The notes under the pieces are model-generated. The model made no database searches, was not told where the DNA came from, and worked only from the letters and a program-made list of their open reading frames with translations. DNA of 64,000 bases from a virus, in IMG/VR virus record IMGVR_UViG_3300009151_009564, positions 1 through 64,000 of that record; one strand, written 5' to 3'. Position numbers and translations under genes: made by a program. Each line of letters begins with the position of its first letter. Position 1 is the stretch's first letter. Of this stretch, positions 59,180 through 64,000 are shown one piece after another.

Positions 59180-59701
59180 ATGAAAAAAACAATATTTATA
59201 AATTTATTTGGTGGTCCGGGTACGGGTAAGTCAACCCTATGTGCAGCTATTTTTACTGAGTTAAAAACTCGTAGTGTTGATTGTGAGATGGCACTTGAAT
59301 ATGTTAAAGACCTTGTGTGGGAAGAATCATTCAAGAAGATTGAAAACCAGATTTATATTTTTGGTAAGCAACAAAACCGTTTATTTAGACTTAATGATAA
59401 AGTTAATGTTGTTATAACAGACTCACCTTTATTGAATAGTATTGTTTATTACACCGGTGATAATCCACATTTCAAGGATTGTGTTATGTGGGAGTTTAAA
59501 AAGTTAGATTCTATCAACTATTATTTAAGTCGTTCTTTTGAATATGTTAATAATGGTAGGATGCAAACTTTGGAAGAAGCTAAAAAGGTTGATGACAACT
59601 ATAAGAAGTTACTTGATGATAATGGAGTAGATTATATTCTATTAGATGCTGGATTGGAAAATGTTCCAAGGATAGTTAATGATATATTAAAATTACTATA
59701 A
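59180..59701 (+). CDS. P-loop nucleotide kinase / NadR-like ATPase
   Basis: INLFGGPGTGKST, EYVK, ITDSPLL, GRMQ. Confidence 0.85.
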   Translation: MKKTIFINLFGGPGTGKSTLCAAIFTELKTRSVDCEMALEYVKDLVWEESFKKIENQIYIFGKQQNRLFRLNDKVNVVITDSPLLNSIVYYTGDNPHFKDCVMWEFKKLDSINYYLSRSFEYVNNGRMQTLEEAKKVDDNYKKLLDDNGVDYILLDAGLENVPRIVNDILKLL

Positions 59702-59901
59702 TGAAAAAAATAATTATATTACTTGTTTTACTTATTGTATCCGTTGAGGTTAATGCTCAATGTGGATTTCGATATAATTATATTATTTGGTTGAAAAGTC
59801 AGGATACTGCTCGTAAGTGTCATCGAGATACTCCTAAAGTAGATCTTAAAACGACTAAAATGATTAAACCGGTTAAAGACACAAGAAAATTTGTTAAATA
59901 A
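59701..59901 (+). CDS. small secreted protein
   Basis: Signal peptide MKKIIILLVLLIVSVEVNAQ. Confidence 0.6.
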   Translation: MKKIIILLVLLIVSVEVNAQCGFRYNYIIWLKSQDTARKCHRDTPKVDLKTTKMIKPVKDTRKFVK

Positions 59902-59930
59902 AAAACTTAGTCATATATTTGTAATATATA
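59890..59930 (+). promoter_or_regulatory. tandem promoters for tRNA-Arg (TTTG-N20-TATATTTG directly followed by TAATATATA)
   Basis: Elements at 59890-59893, 59914-59921 and 59922-59930. Confidence 0.6.
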
Positions 59931-59938
59931 TGATAAAT

Positions 59939-60011
59939 GGTTCCATCTTTCAATGGATCAGGAAATGGAGCTTCTACCTCCACAATACAGGTTCGAATCC
60001 TGTTGGAACCA
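59939..60011 (+). tRNA. tRNA-Arg(TCT)
   Basis: Acceptor GGTTCCA/TGGAACC, anticodon stem TGGAG/CTCCA with loop CT-TCT-AC, T arm ACAGG-TTCGAAT-CCTGT; no encoded CCA. Confidence 0.9.
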
Positions 60012-60012
60012 C

Positions 60013-60046
60013 AAAAAAATCCTAAATTTCATTTAGGATTTTTTTT
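60013..60046. terminator. bidirectional hairpin terminator between the tRNA and the endonuclease gene
   Basis: AAAAAAATCCTAAAT-TTC-ATTTAGGATTTTTTTT. Confidence 0.7.
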
Positions 60047-60945
60047 ATCCATTTACGAATAGACGTATCTGATACTCCATATTTTCTACCTGTCCCACAG
60101 TAACCAAGTTCTTCTACTTGTTTTAGTAACTGTTCTAAAGGTGGTCTATCCAACTTTTCTCTTGATTTATCAAAGCACTTTTTACAACGGTTGTTACCTG
60201 TCCAGACCTGTATTCCACAAGAACAAAAACTTTTATTTTTTGGTTTGTTTAGACTTTCTAATAAATATTTATCATAATCAAAATGTTCTAGTGGTTTATT
60301 ATCAATAATAGATCTAATTAAATGGGTCATTTTTTCTTCATTAAAAAATAAACTATAGTGTAATTCATACACCTTATATCCAAGATTGGAAATAAAATCG
60401 TGTCTTTCTTGATAGTATGGTTTTAGTGATCCGTCCTTATTGTAATGTTGATTACCATTTACCTCTATTGCTATTTTATATTGTGGTAATGATATATCAA
60501 TAGAAAATGATCTTTCATCTGACGGTGAGTGTTCTGGTAAGTATTTAATACTTAGCCCGTCTAATACTTTCTTAAAATTTTCACACGGAGCTGATTTAAA
60601 CTTTGTATTTTTTTTCCATGGATGTTTATCCGGGTTTTCCTTTAGATATTGTTTTCTTTTTTCGGATATTTTTAATTTAGTTTCATCACTAGGTTTACAT
60701 CGAGGTTTTATTTTATACATAATCATCCTTGTCTCTTCTTCAGTTCTCATTCTAACATTATTATCTTCTAAAAACTTTCTTAGTATAGTAAAGGTTGATT
60801 TATAATTGATACTTAATTGAGTTAAACTCAAACCAGAATTATATTCTTCTATAATAGAAGTATTCAAATTACAATTGTTTTGATGTCTTATACAAGCACC
60901 ATTATTCTTGAATAAGATATTACATTTATTACATTTATATTCCAT
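60022..60945 (-). CDS. putative homing endonuclease (NUMOD plus DUF559/Vsr-like domain plus HTH)
   Basis: SDETKLKISE, IDIS...IAIEVNGNQHY, C-terminal GRKYGVSDTSIRKW. Confidence 0.8.
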   Translation of the reverse strand: MEYKCNKCNILFKNNGACIRHQNNCNLNTSIIEEYNSGLSLTQLSINYKSTFTILRKFLEDNNVRMRTEEETRMIMYKIKPRCKPSDETKLKISEKRKQYLKENPDKHPWKKNTKFKSAPCENFKKVLDGLSIKYLPEHSPSDERSFSIDISLPQYKIAIEVNGNQHYNKDGSLKPYYQERHDFISNLGYKVYELHYSLFFNEEKMTHLIRSIIDNKPLEHFDYDKYLLESLNKPKNKSFCSCGIQVWTGNNRCKKCFDKSREKLDRPPLEQLLKQVEELGYCGTGRKYGVSDTSIRKWIKKILNEI

Positions 60946-61057
60946 ATTATATATATTAGTATAAGTCTGTTCCGTTGTTCGATTTTTTATTAATCGGGAC
61001 TTTTTTTTATGGATTTTTTTTAGTATTTTTGATACTACATGATATGATATATATTAT

Positions 61058-61522
61058 ATGGATAAATTTTCAAAAATAACAGAAAGTGTTACTAATCCAA
61101 TAAAAATCGGATTAGATTTACACGGTGTGATAGACTCAATGCCTGAGTTCTTTGCTTTCTTCACAAAGGCTATGATTACATCGGGAGCAGAGGTACACAT
61201 TATTACGGGTGGAGCATCAGAAGATGATAAAAAACTATTGAAGGAATATAATATACAATATACCCACATATTCTCGATTTCGGATCATCACAGAGAGTTA
61301 GGTACACCAACTACAAAACTTCACCCAAAACATGGGTTTATGATGGTTAGTGATGAAGAATGGGATAAAACAAAAGGTGAGTATTGTCGTAAAAATAACA
61401 TATCTTTACATATAGATGATACATTAGTTTATAATGATTACTTTACAACTCCTTTTGCAAGGTTGTGGACACACAATAACCGTCCTAAAGGAGATCATAA
61501 GGATTCCAAACACTTATTATAA
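61058..61522 (+). CDS. HAD-like protein
   Basis: IGLDLHGVID, IITG, K...HIDD. Confidence 0.65.
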   Translation: MDKFSKITESVTNPIKIGLDLHGVIDSMPEFFAFFTKAMITSGAEVHIITGGASEDDKKLLKEYNIQYTHIFSISDHHRELGTPTTKLHPKHGFMMVSDEEWDKTKGEYCRKNNISLHIDDTLVYNDYFTTPFARLWTHNNRPKGDHKDSKHLL

Positions 61523-61689
61523 TGAATAGATATTGTAAGAAATGTGATTCATTGGTACAACCGGACTCAAAAATAGGTTCTGGTACATTACCAGATTGGT
61601 ATAAGTGTCCGAAGTGTGGTAGAGTACATTCAGCGACCACTATGAATAAACAAAAACATAGAGATAAAATTTTAAAAAAGATATTATGA
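61522..61689 (+). CDS. small zinc-ribbon protein with RD-tag (55 aa, not in the track)
   Basis: MNRYCKKC...CPKC...HRDKILKKIL*; TAATG and ATGA overlaps with both neighbours. Confidence 0.75.
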   Translation: MNRYCKKCDSLVQPDSKIGSGTLPDWYKCPKCGRVHSATTMNKQKHRDKILKKIL

Positions 61690-62132
61690 AGATAAGTGCA
61701 GGAACTGCTATAATTTACAGAAATAAAATATTACTATGTCATCCAACGAATAACAGTTGGGTGAATTCTTTCTCTTTACCTAAAGGTGGTGTTGATGAAG
61801 GAGAAACTATTATAGATGCTGCACTTCGGGAGACAATGGAAGAAGTAGGTATTGCTATTAAGCGTACTCAAATATCAAACTTAAACAGTCCACTTGAGTT
61901 TGATTATATAAATAAGAAGAATGAACTTTTCAAAAGGGTTTATGTTTATGTTGTCAAGATCGATGACTTGTCTGAAATAGGATTAAAGTCTGAGATACTA
62001 CCAACCGATCAGTTGCAGATATCGGAGGTCGATTGGGCTGGGTTCTTGAATATTGAGGAAGCTCATATTAAGATTTTCTACAGGTTTAAATCACTTTTAA
62101 CTGATTTCTTACATGAAGATCAAACAGTATAA
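61686..62132 (+). CDS. NUDIX hydrolase
   Basis: PKGGVDEGETIIDAALRETMEEVG NUDIX box. Confidence 0.93.
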   Translation: MKISAGTAIIYRNKILLCHPTNNSWVNSFSLPKGGVDEGETIIDAALRETMEEVGIAIKRTQISNLNSPLEFDYINKKNELFKRVYVYVVKIDDLSEIGLKSEILPTDQLQISEVDWAGFLNIEEAHIKIFYRFKSLLTDFLHEDQTV

Positions 62133-62691
62133 TTTTATTAGAGGTAAGTCGAATACAGGTAAAAGTATGGCGGTTATTTCGTTGGTTAAAAACCTTCGTA
62201 ATATAACAATATACTTTGACCTTGATTTAGGTAATCCGTCTAAATTTAAATCTCTAAAGGGTAGTAATGTGACGGTTATTACTATGCAGAACCCAACATA
62301 TACTACATTGTTAAAAACTATAGTTTCTCTTAATGAGAACTGTTTTGAAATGTATAATTTTGTGTTTGATTCTACGGATAGGTTGGATGGTAGTTTTACT
62401 GAGTTCTTAGAAGTTTTACCTAAAAACCATCGATATTTCTTCGTTACAAACAATATATCAGTTAAACCGGATAATGCTTATAACTGGGAACAAAGTGAGA
62501 TTATGTCTTATCATGATTTTTATATTATTCCTCCTAATAGTGTATCTGTTTTTGATATGATTAGAAAAGAGGATGGTGATATTCATATGTATAATCTGAA
62601 TACAAAGGAATCTTATAATATTGGTGATATATCACAGGCTATAAGAAACATGAAAATAAATGAAGTGTTGTCAAATGAAACCGAAACTTAA
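62113..62691 (+). CDS. P-loop protein with RD-tag variant (RNMKINEVL)
   Basis: GKSNTGKS, YFDLD, VFDS. Confidence 0.7.
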   Translation: MKIKQYNFIRGKSNTGKSMAVISLVKNLRNITIYFDLDLGNPSKFKSLKGSNVTVITMQNPTYTTLLKTIVSLNENCFEMYNFVFDSTDRLDGSFTEFLEVLPKNHRYFFVTNNISVKPDNAYNWEQSEIMSYHDFYIIPPNSVSVFDMIRKEDGDIHMYNLNTKESYNIGDISQAIRNMKINEVLSNETET

Positions 62692-62947
62692 ATATCTTGA
62701 TGAGTTATATCTAAAAGAAGCCAAATCCTCTAAAAGAATTGGTTATTGGTGGTATTATGATAGTGATTATTATAATGACTATTTTGATAGGTTTGAGCAC
62801 TATGATTGTTCTGATGCTTATTACTGGTATTATGATTGGTTGGAAGACCCGACTAGGTGGCGGGATGAGAAAATATCGGAAATTTTAGGAGAGAAAACCA
62901 AGCCTACATTGGGTGATATTTTTCCAGAAAGTTTGACTATCAAATAA
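62675..62947 (+). CDS. Tyr/Asp-rich hypothetical protein with RD-tag (RDEKISEIL)
   Basis: Likely start ATG 62675 within the track ORF 62660-62947. Confidence 0.65.
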   Translation: MKPKLKYLDELYLKEAKSSKRIGYWWYYDSDYYNDYFDRFEHYDCSDAYYWYYDWLEDPTRWRDEKISEILGEKTKPTLGDIFPESLTIK

Positions 62948-62977
62948 ATTTGATTTATCTTTGTTTAAACAAACGAT

Positions 62978-63118
62978 ATGAACGAGTTACTTAATATTGA
63001 ATATATCAGGGAAAACATTGTTTCGGATTCATTATATAATGATTTTAATGTAATGACATCTGACTTCTTAATGAAGCAAGAAATGAATAAACTTTTATAT
63101 GAAATGGAACAGTCCTAA
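62978..63118 (+). CDS. small hypothetical protein (46 aa, not in the track)
   Basis: Follows TTTG-N20-TATCTTTG (62932-62963). Confidence 0.5.
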   Translation: MNELLNIEYIRENIVSDSLYNDFNVMTSDFLMKQEMNKLLYEMEQS

Positions 63119-63287
63119 GTTCAACTTAGTAATCGGTATTATTTGTGGTTTGGTAGCGACCTTACATACTTTCTATGGTTTAAATCATGGATTTGATGAT
63201 AAAACTACTTTTCACGCAAGTATATCAGGATTTTTATCTGGTTTAAACTTATTTATTTATATCAGGTCGGGTGGCCGAGTGAAGTAG
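63099..63287 (+). CDS. small two-TM membrane protein
   Basis: 62 aa hydrophobic ORF; 3' end overlaps tRNA-Cys. Confidence 0.55.
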   Translation: MKWNSPKFNLVIGIICGLVATLHTFYGLNHGFDDKTTFHASISGFLSGLNLFIYIRSGGRVK

Positions 63288-63336
63288 GCGTAGGATTGCA
63301 AATCCTATAACGGTGGTTTGAATCCATCCCTGACCT
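63265..63336 (+). tRNA. tRNA-Cys(GCA)
   Basis: Acceptor GGTCGGG/CCTGACC with U73, anticodon stem TAGGA/TCCTA with loop TT-GCA-AA, T loop TTTGAAT. Confidence 0.88.
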
Positions 63337-63348
63337 CAAATCTTTTTT

Positions 63349-63576
63349 ATGGAAGAAATTATATTACAAAATGGTTATCAGAAACTTAGCCATGGTTATA
63401 AGAAAGTGATAGTTCAGGATGGATGTTCAATAGAACACTTTATTACTTTATTTACAGAATCCAAGGTTCAATTATTCTCCTTCTATGAAGATGGTGAAGA
63501 GAAGATTTATGATACCTCCGTTGTTGAAATGACACCGGAGATTTTACAAACATTTATTAACGTATTAGTTAAATAA
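63349..63576 (+). CDS. small hypothetical protein
   Basis: 75 aa ORF. Confidence 0.65.
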   Translation: MEEIILQNGYQKLSHGYKKVIVQDGCSIEHFITLFTESKVQLFSFYEDGEEKIYDTSVVEMTPEILQTFINVLVK

Positions 63577-63583
63577 CTATATT

Positions 63584-63988
63584 ATGACAATCGAAATGAA
63601 AATTAACGCTGATTTTATGGTAGCTTTCAAAGCACGTAATACAACAGCAAAGACCCTTTTGGGAACGGTAAAGGGTGAGATGCAGAACCTTAAAAAAGTC
63701 CTTATGGTTGAAAGTCTTTCAGATGAGAAATCTATTGAACTTCTGAATAAGTTTGCAAAAAACATGAAGGAAACAATTCGATTAACTAATGACGAAGCAA
63801 CCAAAGATGAACTTGCTATTATCGAATCATACCTTCCAAAACAAATGTCTGAAGATGAAGTAAACGCTAAGCTTGACGAAGTATTAGCATCAGGTGCAAC
63901 AAACATCGGAGCTATTATGAAAGCATTTGCTGGTCTTCCAGTCGACAAGAAAGTATTGTCTGAACTTGCTAAATCTAAAATGGCATGA
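63584..63988 (+). CDS. GatB/YqeY domain protein
   Basis: INADFMVAFKARN, ELAIIESYLPKQMSEDEV, IGAIMK. Confidence 0.9.
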   Translation: MTIEMKINADFMVAFKARNTTAKTLLGTVKGEMQNLKKVLMVESLSDEKSIELLNKFAKNMKETIRLTNDEATKDELAIIESYLPKQMSEDEVNAKLDEVLASGATNIGAIMKAFAGLPVDKKVLSELAKSKMA

Positions 63989-64000
63989 TTAAAGTATCAA

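Noticed and set aside
59939-60011. Amber suppressor tRNA (CTA within the anticodon loop)
   Set aside because: The stem TGGAG/CTCCA fixes a 7-nt loop, CTTCTAC, whose central triplet is TCT (Arg).
39582-62947. RD-tag as a by-product of a DNA/RNA signal for translational coupling
   Set aside because: The next gene often starts just after the motif, but the synonymous codons vary freely, and the motif also occurs internally and in genes with no overlapping neighbour. A minor nucleotide contribution is not excluded.
181-63948. Short antisense or nested track ORFs (e.g. 181-399, 1736-1987, 6781-6978, 30368-30715, 44470-44847, 52140-52439, 62109-62453, 63577-63948)
   Set aside because: They lie inside well-supported genes on the other strand or frame and lack motifs; they are shadow ORFs.
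1-64000. Genome-wide stop-codon reassignment (code 4, 15 or 25)
   Set aside because: Long genes are intact in code 11, and TGA and TAG end many genes (e.g. 51593, 57605, 63988 TGA; 4555, 24390 TAG). I found only one internal TGA.
1-64000. CRISPR array, rRNA, integrase or IS transposase
   Set aside because: I saw no regularly spaced repeat-spacer units, rRNA-like tracts or recombinase/transposase motifs by eye.

Overview
AT-rich, densely coding 64 kb segment of a very large (jumbo/huge) tailed phage, translated with the standard bacterial code (TAA, TAG and TGA all serve as stops). A Bacteroidetes host is inferred from repeated TTTG-N19/20-TAnnTTTG promoters, the lack of obvious Shine-Dalgarno sites and a T9SS type-B C-terminal-domain protein. 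The window holds replication/recombination genes (NAD ligase, TOPRIM primase-like, DEDDh exonuclease, UvsX/RecA, RuvC-like, gp46/SbcC), translation/transcription genes (S1, an L7/L12-like domain, an RF1-like release factor, GreA, YqeY, RNA ligase, tRNA-Arg, tRNA-Cys), proteostasis genes (ClpP, DnaJ, M16 peptidase, UVR-motif proteins), two adenine methyltransferases, large putative virion proteins and six homing-endonuclease-like genes. Four observations stand out. (1) A short amphipathic tag, R-[DE]-x-x-[IL]-x-x-[ILV]-[LIF], is shared by about 24 unrelated small proteins, mostly at their C-termini. (2) An unannotated release-factor gene has a single in-frame TGA at codon 53. (3) The gp46/SbcC gene is fractured at its Walker A motif by an atypically split Ser1/Ser+1 intein, with a free-standing endonuclease gene between the halves. 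(4) A second protein set carries T4-like N-terminal capsid-targeting peptides, several behind a TAATATATA motif. All calls come from reading motifs by eye; no database searches were run.
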